From contig NIVC01001830.1 in assembly GCA_002269645.1 (NCBI GenBank), positions 169,064 to 233,063 on the forward strand: a DNA stretch of 64,000 bases, in the 5' to 3' direction. Made by a program: the position numbers and the translations under genes. The notes below the pieces were generated by a model that saw nothing but the letters and a program-made list of their open reading frames with translations, was not told the origin of the DNA and made no database searches. Position 1 is the first letter of the stretch. Every line of letters starts with the position of its first letter. The stretch comes from Macrostomum lignano (taxonomy: Eukaryota). Positions 50,657-64,000 of this stretch are shown here, piece after piece.

Positions 50657-51082
50657 GCAATTACTTGGGAACGGACGAAATTACATGTCGCCCTGGCGGA
50701 CAAAATTACCTATATTAAGGACCAAAAATCTCGAACCGATTCCTAACAGCTTCGAGGATTTCGAATTAATTGTCTCTCCAGGCTACTAGTGGAACAAAGA
50801 GTAAGTAATATCGAAGTATTTCCCTGCCTACGGCAGTAGGAATGCTGCTGCGAGACAATCAAAACAGAAATTATATAGGGATATACAAAAAAACAAACTG
50901 AAAAATAAAAAATCGAGATCGAAAATTAAGGGATACTAATACTTCTAGGTGTAGCAGCGGATACAACTGACTCACATTTCACACACGTGAAGCATTCACT
51001 GCTGAAGAAAAAGGCCAAAACGAAAACTGCTTTCACTAAAAGCTCAGCACCCCGTCATCGCTTTTTAATGTCTCTGCTCCTT

Positions 51083-54000
51083 GAGTTTGAGTGATATTGC
51101 AGAGCTAGGCCTGGCTCTTTGTTCTAAGTATAGGACAGCCAAGGCTGCCAAATATTGCCAAGGCACAGCCAAGGCTGCTAAGATATACAGAGGCCAGTGA
51201 CTCAGTTAGATGAAGATTATAACGGTTGCAGGAGCTCTGTGTGTTTGAGTGAAAATTCTGAGTTGGGGCTGGCTCTTTGTTCTAAATAGGACAGCCAAGG
51301 CTGCTAAGATATACAGAGGCCAGTGAGTCAGTTAGATGAAGATTATAACGGTTGCAGGAGCTCTGTGTGTTTGAGTGAAAATGCTGAGTTAGACCATGCC
51401 AGACGGACTGTTTGTCGCAGAGTAAGGCTAACCTGTGCCTATTTAATTGTTTTCTGTTCTTTCAAAACTATATACCTTTCATTATCGATTTCTCCTCAAC
51501 TCCAGCCACACATGGTTCAAGCAACTTTTCACCTTTTCTCATTGTTTACGAGCTAGCTCAAACCCTAATCTTTATCTTTGCGACCCTAGAATTGCATGTT
51601 CTGTGTTTTATCTAAATAAGCTCGCGTACGGCCTTGGCCTTGCCCTCATCTCGATTCTTCCCACCTTCGCCTTCTAATTTTATTTGCATCCATTTCGTAA
51701 CTCGTTCAGCCAACCTGCTAAAGTGACAGTCATCGTACTGGCATCTTTTTCAATTATGCGCTTTTGATATTTTAAATACACAATATAACTGTTGCTGGGA
51801 CATTCAGCGGTAGGTACATAAAAGTGAGTCAGTTAGATGAGGATTATAGCGACTGCAACAGCTCTGTGTGTTTGAGTGATATTGCAGAGCTAGGCCTGGC
51901 TCTTTGTTCTAAGTAGCTCTGTGGGTGGTAATACCAAGGCTGCCAATGCTGCCGAGGCACAGCCAAGGCTGCTAAGCTATACCGAGGCCGGTGAGTCAGT
52001 TAGAGGAAGATTATAACGGTTCCAAGAGCTCTGTGCGTTTGAGTGATATTGCAGAGCAGGGCCTGGCTCTTTGTTCTAAGTATAGGACAGCCAAGGCTGC
52101 TAAGATATACAGAGGCCAGTGACTCAGTTAGATGAAGATTATAACGGTTCCAAGAGCTCTGTGTGTTTGAGTGATATTGCAGAGCTAGGCCTGGCTCTTT
52201 GATCTAAGTAGCTCTGTGGGTGGTACTGCCAAGGCTGCCAATGCTGCCAAGGAACAGCCAAGGCTGCTAAGATATACAGAGGCCGGTGAGTCAGTTAGAT
52301 GAAGATTATAACGGTTCCAAGAGCTCTGTGTGTTTGAGTGATATTGCAGAGCTAGGCCTGGCTCTTTGTTCTAAGTATAGGACAGCCATGGCTGCCAATA
52401 CTGCCAAGGCACAGCCAAGGCTGCTAAGATATACAGAGGCCGGTGAGTCAGTTAGATGAAGATTATAACGGTTCCAAGAGCTCTGTGTGTTTGAGTGAAA
52501 ATGCTGAGTTGGGGCTGGCTCTTTGTTCTAAGTATAGGACAGCCAAGGCTGCTAAGATATACAGAGGCCAGTGAGTCAGTTAGATGAAGATTATAACGGT
52601 TCCAAGAGCTCTGTGTGTTTGAGTGATATTGCAGAGCTGGGCCTGGCTCTTTGTTCTAAGTAGCTCTGTGGGTGGTACTGCCAAGGCTGCCAATACTGCC
52701 AAGGCACAGCCAAGGCTGCTAAGATATACAGAGGCCGGTGAGTGAGTTAGATGAAGATTATAACGGTTCCAAGAGCTCTGTGTGTTTGAGTGATATTGCA
52801 GAGCTAGGCCTGGCTCTTTGATCTAAGTAGCTCTGTGGGTGGTACTGCCAAGGCTGCCAATACTGCCAAGGCACAGCCAAGGCTGCTAAGATATACAGAG
52901 GCCAGTGACTCAGTTAGATGAAGATTATAACGGTTGCAGGAGCTCTGTGTGTTTGAGTGAAAATTCTGAGTTGGGGCTGGCTCTTTGTTCTAAATAGGAC
53001 AGCCAAGGCTGCTAAGATATACAGAGGCCAGTGAGTCAGTTAGATGAAGATTATAACGGTTGCAGGAGCTCTGTGTGTTTGAGTGAAAATGCTGAGTTAG
53101 ACCATGCCAGACGGACTGTTTGTCGCAGAGTAAGGCTAACCTGTGCCTATTTAATTGTTTTCTGTTCTTTCAAAACTATATACCTTTCATTATCGATTTC
53201 TCCTCAACTCCAGCCACACATGGTTCAAGCAACTTTTCACCTTTTCTCATTGTTTACGAGCTAGCTCAAACCCTAATCTTTATCTTTGCGACCCTAGAAT
53301 TGCATGTTCTGTGTTTTATCTAAATAAGCTCGCGTACGGCCTTGGCCTTGCCCTCATCTCGATTCTTCCCACCTTCGCCTTCTAATTTTATTTGCATCCA
53401 TTTCGTAACTCGTTCAGCCAACCTGCTAAAGTGACAGTCATCGTACTGGCATCTTTTTCAATTATGCGCTTTTGATATTTTAAATACACAATATAACTGT
53501 TGCTGGGACATTCAGCGGTAGGTACATAAAAGTGAGTCAGTTAGATGAGGATTATAGCGACTGCAACAGCTCTGTGTGTTTGAGTGATATTGCAGAGCTA
53601 GGCCTGGCTCTTTGTTCTAAGTAGCTCTGTGGGTGGTAATACCAAGGCTGCCAATGCTGCCGAGGCACAGCCAAGGCTGCTAAGCTATACCGAGGCCGGT
53701 GAGTCAGTTAGAGGAAGATTATAACGGTTCCAAGAGCTCTGTGCGTTTGAGTGATATTGCAGAGCAGGGCCTGGCTCTTTGTTCTAAGTATAGGACAGCC
53801 AAGGCTGCTAAGATATACAGAGGCCAGTGACTCAGTTAGATGAAGATTATAACGGTTCCAAGAGCTCTGTGTGTTTGAGTGATATTGCAGAGCTAGGCCT
53901 GGCTCTTTGATCTAAGTAGCTCTGTGGGTGGTACTGCCAAGGCTGCCAATGCTGCCAAGGAACAGCCAAGGCTGCTAAGATATACAGAGGCCGGTGAGTC

Positions 54001-57000
54001 AGTTAGATGAAGATTATAACGGTTCCAAGAGCTCTGTGTGTTTGAGTGATATTGCAGAGCTAGGCCTGGCTCTTTGTTCTAAGTATAGGACAGCCATGGC
54101 TGCCAATACTGCCAAGGCACAGCCAAGGCTGCTAAGATATACAGAGGCCGGTGAGTCAGTTAGATGAAGATTATAACGGTTCCAAGAGCTCTGTGTGTTT
54201 GAGTGAAAATGCTGAGTTGGGGCTGGCTCTTTGTTCTAAGTATAGGACAGCCAAGGCTGCTAAGATATACAGAGGCCAGTGAGTCAGTTAGATGAAGATT
54301 ATAACGGTTCCAAGAGCTCTGTGTGTTTGAGTGATATTGCAGAGCTGGGCCTGGCTCTTTGTTCTAAGTAGCTCTGTGGGTGGTACTGCCAAGGCTGCCA
54401 ATACTGCCAAGGCACAGCCAAGGCTGCTAAGATATACAGAGGCCGGTGAGTGAGTTAGATGAAGATTATAACGGTTCCAAGAGCTCTGTGTGTTTGAGTG
54501 ATATTGCAGAGCTAGGCCTGGCTCTTTGATCTAAGTAGCTCTGTGGGTGGTACTGCCAAGGCTGCCAATACTGCCAAGGCACAGCCAAGGCTGCTAAGAT
54601 ATACAGAGGCCAGTGACTCAGTTAGATGAAGATTATAACGGTTGCAGGAGCTCTGTGTGTTTGAGTGAAAATTCTGAGTTGGGGCTGGCTCTTTGTTCTA
54701 AATAGGACAGCCAAGGCTGCTAAGATATACAGAGGCCAGTGAGTCAGTTAGATGAAGATTATAACGGTTGCAGGAGCTCTGTGTGTTTGAGTGAAAATGC
54801 TGAGTTAGACCATGCCAGACGGACTGTTTGTCGCAGAGTAAGGCTAACCTGTGCCTATTTAATTGTTTTCTGTTCTTTCAAAACTATATACCTTTCATTA
54901 TCGATTTCTCCTCAACTCCAGCCACACTTGGTTCAAGCAACTTTTCACCTTTTCTCATTGTTTACGAGCTAGCTCAAACCCTAATCTTTATCTTTGCGAC
55001 CCTAGAATTGCATGTTCTGTGTTTTATCTAAATAAGCTCGCGTACGGCCTTGGCCTTGCCCTCATCTCGATTCTTCCCACCTTCGCCTTCTAATTTTATT
55101 TGCATCCATTTCGTAACTCGTTCAGCCAACCTGCTAAAGTGACAGTCATCGTACTGGCATCTTTTTCAATTATGCGCTTTTGATATTTTAAATACACAAT
55201 ATAACTGTTGCTGGGACATTCAGCGGCAGGTACATAAAAGTGAGTCAGTTAGATGAGGATTATAGCGACTGCAACAGCTCTGTGTGTTTGAGTGATATTG
55301 CAGAGCTAGGCCTGGCTCTTTGTTCTAAGTAGCTCTGTGGGTGGTAATACCAAGGCTGCCAATGCTGCCGAGGCACAGCCAAGGCTGCTAAGCTATACCG
55401 AGGCCGGTGAGTCAGTTAGAGGAAGATTATAACGGTTCCAAGAGCTCTGTGCGTTTGAGTGATATTGCAGAGCAGGGCCTGGCTCTTTGTTCTAAGTATA
55501 GGACAGCCAAGGCTGCTAAGATATACAGAGGCCAGTGAGTCAGTTAGATGAAGATTATAACGGTTCCAAGAGCTCTGTGTGTTTGAGTGATATTGCAGAG
55601 CTAGGCCTGGCTCTTTGATCTAAGTAGCTCTGTGGGTGGTACTGCCAAGGCTGCCAATGCTGCCAAGGAACAGCCAAGGCTGCTAAGATATACAGAGGCC
55701 GGTGAGTCAGTTAGATGAAGATTATAACGGTTCCAAGAGCTCTGTGTGTTTGAGTGATATTGCAGAGCTAGGCCTGGCTCTTTGTTCTAAGTATAGGACA
55801 GCCATGGCTGCCAATACTGCCAAGGCACAGCCAAGGCTGCTAAGATATACAGAGGCCGGTGAGTCAGTTAGATGAAGATTATAACGGTTCCAAGAGCTCT
55901 GTGTGTTTGAGTGAAAATGCTGAGTTGGGGCTGGCTCTTTGTTCTAAGTATAGGACAGCCAAGGCTGCTAAGATATACAGAGGCCAGTGAGTCAGTTAGA
56001 TGAAGATTATAACGGTTCCAAGAGCTCTGTGTGTTTGAGTGATATTGCAGAGCTGGGCCTGGCTCTTTGTTCTAAGTAGCTCTGTGGGTGGTACTGCCAA
56101 GGCTGCCAATACTGCCAAGGCACAGCCAAGGCTGCTAAGATATACAGAGGCCGGTGAGTGAGTTAGATGAAGATTATAACGGTTCCAAGAGCTCTGTGTG
56201 TTTGAGTGATATTGCAGAGCTAGGCCTGGCTCTTTGATCTAAGTAGCTCTGTGGGTGGTACTGCCAAGGCTGCCAATACTGCCAAGGCACAGCCAAGGCT
56301 GCTAAGATATACAGAGGCCAGTGACTCAGTTAGATGAAGATTATAACGGTTGCAGGAGCTCTGTGTGTTTGAGTGAAAATTCTGAGTTGGGGCTGGCTCT
56401 TTGTTCTAAATAGGACAGCCAAGGCTGCTAAGATATACAGAGGCCAGTGAGTCAGTTAGATGAAGATTATAACGGTTGCAGGAGCTCTGTGTGTTTGAGT
56501 GAAAATGCTGAGTTAGACCATGCCAGACGGACTGTTTGTCGCAGAGTAAGGCTAACCTGTGCCTATTTAATTGTTTTCTGTTCTTTCAAAACTATATACC
56601 TTTCATTATCGATTTCTCCTCAACTCCAGCCACACTTGGTTCAAGCAACTTTTCACCTTTTCTCATTGTTTACGAGCTAGCTCAAACCCTAATCTTTATC
56701 TTTGCGACCCTAGAATTGCATGTTCTGTGTTTTATCTAAATAAGCTCGCGTACGGCCTTGGCCTTGCCCTCATCTCGATTCTTCCCACCTTCGCCTTCTA
56801 ATTTTATTTGCATCCATTTCGTAACTCGTTCAGCCAACCTGCTAAAGTGACAGTCATCGTACTGGCATCTTTTTCAATTATGCGCTTTTGATATTTTAAA
56901 TACACAATATAACTGTTGCTGGGACATTCAGCGGCAGGTACATAAAAGTGAGTCAGTTAGATGAGGATTATAGCGACTGCAACAGCTCTGTGTGTTTGAG

Positions 57001-60000
57001 TGATATTGCAGAGCTAGGCCTGGCTCTTTGTTCTAAGTAGCTCTGTGGGTGGTAATACCAAGGCTGCCAATGCTGCCGAGGCACAGCCAAGGCTGCTAAG
57101 CTATACCGAGGCCGGTGAGTCAGTTAGAGGAAGATTATAACGGTTCCAAGAGCTCTGTGCGTTTGAGTGATATTGCAGAGCAGGGCCTGGCTCTTTGTTC
57201 TAAGTATAGGACAGCCAAGGCTGCTAAGATATACAGAGGCCAGTGAGTCAGTTAGATGAAGATTATAACGGTTCCAAGAGCTCTGTGTGTTTGAGTGATA
57301 TTGCAGAGCTAGGCCTGGCTCTTTGATCTAAGTAGCTCTGTGGGTGGTACTGCCAAGGCTGCCAATGCTGCCAAGGAACAGCCAAGGCTGCTAAGATATA
57401 CAGAGGCCGGTGAGTCAGTTAGATGAAGATTATAACGGTTCCAAGAGCTCTGTGTGTTTGAGTGATATTGCAGAGCTAGGCCTGGCTCTTTGTTCTAAGT
57501 ATAGGACAGCCATGGCTGCCAATACTGCCAAGGCACAGCCAAGGCTGCTAAGATATACAGAGGCCGGTGAGTCAGTTAGATGAAGATTATAACGGTTCCA
57601 AGAGCTCTGTGTGTTTGAGTGATATTGCAGAGCTAGGCCTGGCTCTTTGATCTAAGTAGCTCTGTGGGTGGTACTGCCAAGGCTGCCAATGCTGCCAAGG
57701 AACAGCCAAGGCTGCTAAGATATACAGAGGCCAGTGAGTCAGTTAGATGAAGATTATAACGGTTCCAAGAGCTCTGTGTGTTTGAGTGATATTGCAGAGC
57801 TGGGCCTGGCTCTTTGTTCTAAGTAGCTCTGTGGGTGGTACTGCCAAGGCTGCCAATACTGCCAAGGCACAGCCAAGGCTGCTAAGATATACAGAGGCCG
57901 GTGAGTGAGTTAGATGAAGATTATAACGGTTCCAAGAGCTCTGTGTGTTTGAGTGATATTGCAGAGCTAGGCCTGGCTCTTTGATCTAAGTAGCTCTGTG
58001 GGTGGTACTGCCAAGGCTGCCAATACTGCCAAGGCACAGCCAAGGCTGCTAAGATATACAGAGGCCAGTGACTCAGTTAGATGAAGATTATAACGGTTGC
58101 AGGAGCTCTGTGTGTTTGAGTGAAAATTCTGAGTTGGGGCTGGCTCTTTGTTCTAAATAGGACAGCCAAGGCTGCTAAGATATACAGAGGCCAGTGAGTC
58201 AGTTAGATGAAGATTATAACGGTTGCAGGAGCTCTGTGTGTTTGAGTGAAAATGCTGAGTTAGACCATGCCAGACGGACTGTTTGTCGCAGAGTAAGGCT
58301 AACCTGTGCCTATTTAATTGTTTTCTGTTCTTTCAAAACTATATACCTTTCATTATCGATTTCTCCTCAACTCCAGCCACACATGGTTCAAGCAACTTTT
58401 CACCTTTTCTCATTGTTTACGAGCTAGCTCAAACCCTAATCTTTATCTTTGCGACCCTAGAATTGCATGTTCTGTGTTTTATCTAAATAAGCTCGCGTAC
58501 GGCCTTGGCCTTGCCCTCATCTCGATTCTTCCCACCTTCGCCTTCTAATTTTATTTGCATCCATTTCGTAACTCGTTCAGCCAACCTGCTAAAGTGACAG
58601 TCATCGTACTGGCATCTTTTTCAATTATGCGCTTTTGATATTTTAAATACACAATATAACTGTTGCTGGGACATTCAGCGGCAGGTACATAAAAGTGAGT
58701 CAGTTAGATGAGGATTATAGCGACTGCAACAGCTCTGTGTGTTTGAGTGATATTGCAGAGCTAGGCCTGGCTCTTTGTTCTAAGTAGCTCTGTGGGTGGT
58801 AATACCAAGGCTGCCAATGCTGCCGAGGCACAGCCAAGGCTGCTAAGCTATACCGAGGCCGGTGAGTCAGTTAGAGGAAGATTATAACGGTTCCAAGAGC
58901 TCTGTGCGTTTGAGTGATATTGCAGAGCAGGGCCTGGCTCTTTGTTCTAAGTATAGGACAGCCAAGGCTGCTAAGATATACAGAGGCCAGTGAGTCAGTT
59001 AGATGAAGATTATAACGGTTCCAAGAGCTCTGTGTGTTTGAGTGATATTGCAGAGCTAGGCCTGGCTCTTTGATCTAAGTAGCTCTGTGGGTGGTACTGC
59101 CAAGGCTGCCAATGCTGCCAAGGAACAGCCAAGGCTGCTAAGATATACAGAGGCCGGTGAGTCAGTTAGATGAAGATTATAACGGTTCCAAGAGCTCTGT
59201 GTGTTTGAGTGATATTGCAGAGCTAGGCCTGGCTCTTTGTTCTAAGTATAGGACAGCCATGGCTGCCAATACTGCCAAGGCACAGCCAAGGCTGCTAAGA
59301 TATACAGAGGCCGGTGAGTCAGTTAGATGAAGATTATAACGGTTCCAAGAGCTCTGTGTGTTTGAGTGATATTGCAGAGCTAGGCCTGGCTCTTTGATCT
59401 AAGTAGCTCTGTGGGTGGTACTGCCAAGGCTGCCAATGCTGCCAAGGAACAGCCAAGGCTGCTAAGATATACAGAGGCCAGTGAGTCAGTTAGATGAAGA
59501 TTATAACGGTTCCAAGAGCTCTGTGTGTTTGAGTGATATTGCAGAGCTGGGCCTGGCTCTTTGTTCTAAGTAGCTCTGTGGGTGGTACTGCCAAGGCTGC
59601 CAATACTGCCAAGGCACAGCCAAGGCTGCTAAGATATACAGAGGCCGGTGAGTGAGTTAGATGAAGATTATAACGGTTCCAAGAGCTCTGTGTGTTTGAG
59701 TGATATTGCAGAGCTAGGCCTGGCTCTTTGATCTAAGTAGCTCTGTGGGTGGTACTGCCAAGGCTGCCAATACTGCCAAGGCACAGCCAAGGCTGCTAAG
59801 ATATACAGAGGCCAGTGACTCAGTTAGATGAAGATTATAACGGTTGCAGGAGCTCTGTGTGTTTGAGTGAAAATTCTGAGTTGGGGCTGGCTCTTTGTTC
59901 TAAATAGGACAGCCAAGGCTGCTAAGATATACAGAGGCCGGTGAGTCAGTTAGATGAAGATTATAACGGTTCCAAGAGCTCTGTGTGTTTGAGTGATATT

Positions 60001-63000
60001 GCAGAGCTAGGCCTGGCTCTTTGTTCTAAGTATAGGACAGCCATGGCTGCCAATACTGCCAAGGCACAGCCAAGGCTGCTAAGATATACAGAGGCCGGTG
60101 AGTCAGTTAGATGAAGATTATAACGGTTCCAAGAGCTCTGTGTGTTTGAGTGATATTGCAGAGCTAGGCCTGGCTCTTTGATCTAAGTAGCTCTGTGGGT
60201 GGTACTGCCAAGGCTGCCAATGCTGCCAAGGAACAGCCAAGGCTGCTAAGATATACAGAGGCCGGTGAGTGAGTTAGATGAAGATTACAACGGTTCCAAG
60301 AGTTCTGTGTGTTCGAGTGATATTGCAGAGCTGGGCCTGGCTCTTTGTTCTAAGTAGCTCTGTGGGTGGTACTGCCAAGGCTGCCAATACTGCCAAGGCA
60401 CAGCCAAGGCTGCTAAGATATACAGAGGCCAGTGAGTCAGTTAGATGAAGATTATAACGGTTCCAAGAGTTCTGTGTGTTCGAGTGATATTGCAGAGCTA
60501 GGCCTGGCTCTTTGATCTAAGTAGCTCTGTGGGTGGTACTGCCAAGGCTGCCAATACTGCCAAGGCACAGCCAAGGCTGCTAAGATATACAGAGGCCAGT
60601 GACTCAGTTAGATGAAGATTATAACGGTTGCAGGAGCTCTGTGTGTTTGAGTGAAAATTCTGAGTTGGGGCTGGCTCTTTGTTCTAAATAGGACAGCCAA
60701 GGCTGCTAAGATATACAGAGGCCAGTGAGTCAGTTAGATGAAGATTATAACGGTTGCAGGAGCTCTGTGTGTTTGAGTGAAAATGCTGAGTTAGACCATG
60801 CCAGACGGACTGTTTGTCGCAGAGTAAGGCTAACCTGTGCCTATTTAATTGTTTTCTGTTCTTTCAAAACTATATACCTTTCATTATCGATTTCTCCTCA
60901 ACTCCAGCCACACTTGGTTCAAGCAACTTTTCACCTTTTCTCATTGTTTACGAGCTAGCTCAAACCCTAATCTTTATCTTTGCGACCCTAGAATTGCATG
61001 TTCTGTGTTTTATCTAAATAAGCTCGCGTACGGCCTTGGCCTTGCCCTCATCTCGATTCTTCCCACCTTCGCCTTCTAATTTTATTTGCATCCATTTCGT
61101 AACTCGTTCAGCCAACCTGCTAAAGTGACAGTCATCGTACTGGCATCTTTTTCAATTATGCGCTTTTGATATTTTAAATACACAATATAACTGTTGCTGG
61201 GACATTCAGCGGCAGGTACATAAAAGTGAGTCAGTTAGATGAGGATTATAGCGACTGCAACAGCTCTGTGTGTTTGAGTGATATTGCAGAGCTAGGCCTG
61301 GCTCTTTGTTCTAAGTAGCTCTGTGGGTGGTAATACCAAGGCTGCCAATGCTGCCGAGGCACAGCCAAGGCTGCTAAGCTATACCGAGGCCGGTGAGTCA
61401 GTTAGAGGAAGATTATAACGGTTCCAAGAGCTCTGTGCGTTTGAGTGATATTGCAGAGCAGGGCCTGGCTCTTTGTTCTAAGTATAGGACAGCCAAGGCT
61501 GCTAAGATATACAGAGGCCAGTGAGTCAGTTAGATGAAGATTATAACGGTTCCAAGAGCTCTGTGTGTTTGAGTGATATTGCAGAGCTAGGCCTGGCTCT
61601 TTGATCTAAGTAGCTCTGTGGGTGGTACTGCCAAGGCTGCCAATGCTGCCAAGGAACAGCCAAGGCTGCTAAGATATACAGAGGCCGGTGAGTCAGTTAG
61701 ATGAAGATTATAACGGTTCCAAGAGCTCTGTGTGTTTGAGTGATATTGCAGAGCTAGGCCTGGCTCTTTGTTCTAAGTATAGGACAGCCATGGCTGCCAA
61801 TACTGCCAAGGCACAGCCAAGGCTGCTAAGATATACAGAGGCCGGTGAGTCAGTTAGATGAAGATTATAACGGTTCCAAGAGCTCTGTGTGTTTGAGTGA
61901 TATTGCAGAGCTAGGCCTGGCTCTTTGATCTAAGTAGCTCTGTGGGTGGTACTGCCAAGGCTGCCAATGCTGCCAAGGAACAGCCAAGGCTGCTAAGATA
62001 TACAGAGGCCAGTGAGTCAGTTAGATGAAGATTATAACGGTTCCAAGAGCTCTGTGTGTTTGAGTGATATTGCAGAGCTGGGCCTGGCTCTTTGTTCTAA
62101 GTAGCTCTGTGGGTGGTACTGCCAAGGCTGCCAATACTGCCAAGGCACAGCCAAGGCTGCTAAGATATACAGAGGCCGGTGAGTGAGTTAGATGAAGATT
62201 ATAACGGTTCCAAGAGCTCTGTGTGTTTGAGTGATATTGCAGAGCTAGGCCTGGCTCTTTGATCTAAGTAGCTCTGTGGGTGGTACTGCCAAGGCTGCCA
62301 ATACTGCCAAGGCACAGCCAAGGCTGCTAAGATATACAGAGGCCAGTGACTCAGTTAGATGAAGATTATAACGGTTGCAGGAGCTCTGTGTGTTTGAGTG
62401 AAAATTCTGAGTTGGGGCTGGCTCTTTGTTCTAAATAGGACAGCCAAGGCTGCTAAGATATACAGAGGCCGGTGAGTCAGTTAGATGAAGATTATAACGG
62501 TTCCAAGAGCTCTGTGTGTTTGAGTGATATTGCAGAGCTAGGCCTGGCTCTTTGTTCTAAGTATAGGACAGCCATGGCTGCCAATACTGCCAAGGCACAG
62601 CCAAGGCTGCTAAGATATACAGAGGCCGGTGAGTCAGTTAGATGAAGATTATAACGGTTCCAAGAGCTCTGTGTGTTTGAGTGATATTGCAGAGCTAGGC
62701 CTGGCTCTTTGATCTAAGTAGCTCTGTGGGTGGTACTGCCAAGGCTGCCAATGCTGCCAAGGAACAGCCAAGGCTGCTAAGATATACAGAGGCCGGTGAG
62801 TGAGTTAGATGAAGATTACAACGGTTCCAAGAGTTCTGTGTGTTCGAGTGATATTGCAGAGCTGGGCCTGGCTCTTTGTTCTAAGTAGCTCTGTGGGTGG
62901 TACTGCCAAGGCTGCCAATACTGCCAAGGCACAGCCAAGGCTGCTAAGATATACAGAGGCCAGTGAGTCAGTTAGATGAAGATTATAACGGTTCCAAGAG

Positions 63001-64000
63001 TTCTGTGTGTTCGAGTGATATTGCAGAGCTAGGCCTGGCTCTTTGATCTAAGTAGCTCTGTGGGTGGTACTGCCAAGGCTGCCAATACTGCCAAGGCACA
63101 GCCAAGGCTGCTAAGATATACAGAGGCCAGTGACTCAGTTAGATGAAGATTATAACGGTTGCAGGAGCTCTGTGTGTTTGAGTGAAAATTCTGAGTTGGG
63201 GCTGGCTCTTTGTTCTAAATAGGACAGCCAAGGCTGCTAAGATATACAGAGGCCAGTGAGTCAGTTAGATGAAGATTATAACGGTTGCAGGAGCTCTGTG
63301 TGTTTGAGTGAAAATGCTGAGTTAGACCATGCCAGACGGACTGTTTGTCGCAGAGTAAGGCTAACCTGTGCCTATTTAATTGTTTTCTGTTCTTTCAAAA
63401 CTATATACCTTTCATTATCGATTTCTCCTCAACTCCAGCCACACTTGGTTCAAGCAACTTTTCACCTTTTCTCATTGTTTACGAGCTAGCTCAAACCCTA
63501 ATCTTTATCTTTGCGACCCTAGAATTGCATGTTCTGTGTTTTATCTAAATAAGCTCGCGTACGGCCTTGGCCTTGCCCTCATCTCGATTCTTCCCACCTT
63601 CGCCTTCTAATTTTATTTGCATCCATTTCGTAACTCGTTCAGCCAACCTGCTAAAGTGACAGTCATCGTACTGGCATCTTTTTCAATTATGCGCTTTTGA
63701 TATTTTAAATACACAATATAACTGTTGCTGGACATTCAGCGGCAGGTACATAAAGTGAGTCAGTTAGATGAGGATTATAGCGACTGCAACAGCTCTGTGT
63801 GTTTGAGTGATATTGCAGAGCTAGGCCTGGCTCTTTGTTCTAAGTAGCTCTGTGGGTGGTAATACCAAGGCTGCCAATGCTGCCGAGGCACAGCCAAGCT
63901 GCTAAGCTATACCGAGGCCGGTGAGTCAGTTAGAGGAAGATTATAACGGTTCCAAGAGCTTGTGCGTTTGAGTGATATTGCAGAGCAGGGCCTGGCTCTT
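51083..64000. repeat. Higher-order satellite array: ~68 monomers of 126/128/157/167 bp plus a ~430-bp cassette, HOR units of 1708/1747/2531 bp
   Basis: Cassette-bearing units start at 51325, 53033, 54741, 56449, 58196, 60727 and 63258; monomer lengths sum exactly to the periods. Confidence 0.97.

Noticed and set aside
52140-52156. TATAACGGTTCCAAG in the monomer resembles the 23S/I-CeuI site TATAACGGTCCTAAG (13/15)
   Set aside because: The match is too short and the flanks do not extend it; likely chance.
51323-63610. Recurrent 67-77 aa ORFs in the satellite cassette
   Set aside because: They have non-ATG starts, no motif and AT-rich non-coding composition, and recur only because the DNA is repeated.
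51083-64000. Repeat-spacer appearance suggesting a CRISPR array
   Set aside because: The linkers are variants of one sequence rather than unique spacers, units are 126-167 bp, there are no cas genes, and the context is eukaryotic.
63720-64000. Single-base deletions in the last satellite unit
   Set aside because: Clustered single-base losses, mostly in homopolymer runs, near the window end look like low-coverage long-read errors.

Overview
Eukaryotic (animal) genomic DNA with GC3-rich exons, short GT-AG introns and very dense minisatellites. The style resembles the flatworm Macrostomum, but that is an inference. Four protein-coding genes can be spliced together by hand: an Rbfox/Fox-1 RRM splicing factor (+, about 12.8/18.0-25.2 kb), IQCK (-, 28.2-30.5 kb, 307 aa), an adiponectin receptor/PAQR (+, 37.2-41.0 kb, 443 aa) and an intronless glutaminyl cyclase (-, 48.6-49.6 kb, 348 aa). 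There is one intact tRNA-Cys(GCA). At least 25 tandem-repeat arrays are present, most long introns holding their own private repeat unit. A nested stack of non-autonomous DNA transposons lies at 13.6-17.9 kb, and a 13-kb higher-order satellite runs off the right end. The most unusual observation is a ~280-bp MITE family (14-bp TIRs, 8-bp TSDs, two independent insertions) carrying a ~60-nt, ~80%-identical copy of the 28S rRNA helix 69-71 segment, the site targeted by R2, Pokey and I-PpoI. Nearly all long ORFs in the supplied track are artefacts of stop-free repeats.
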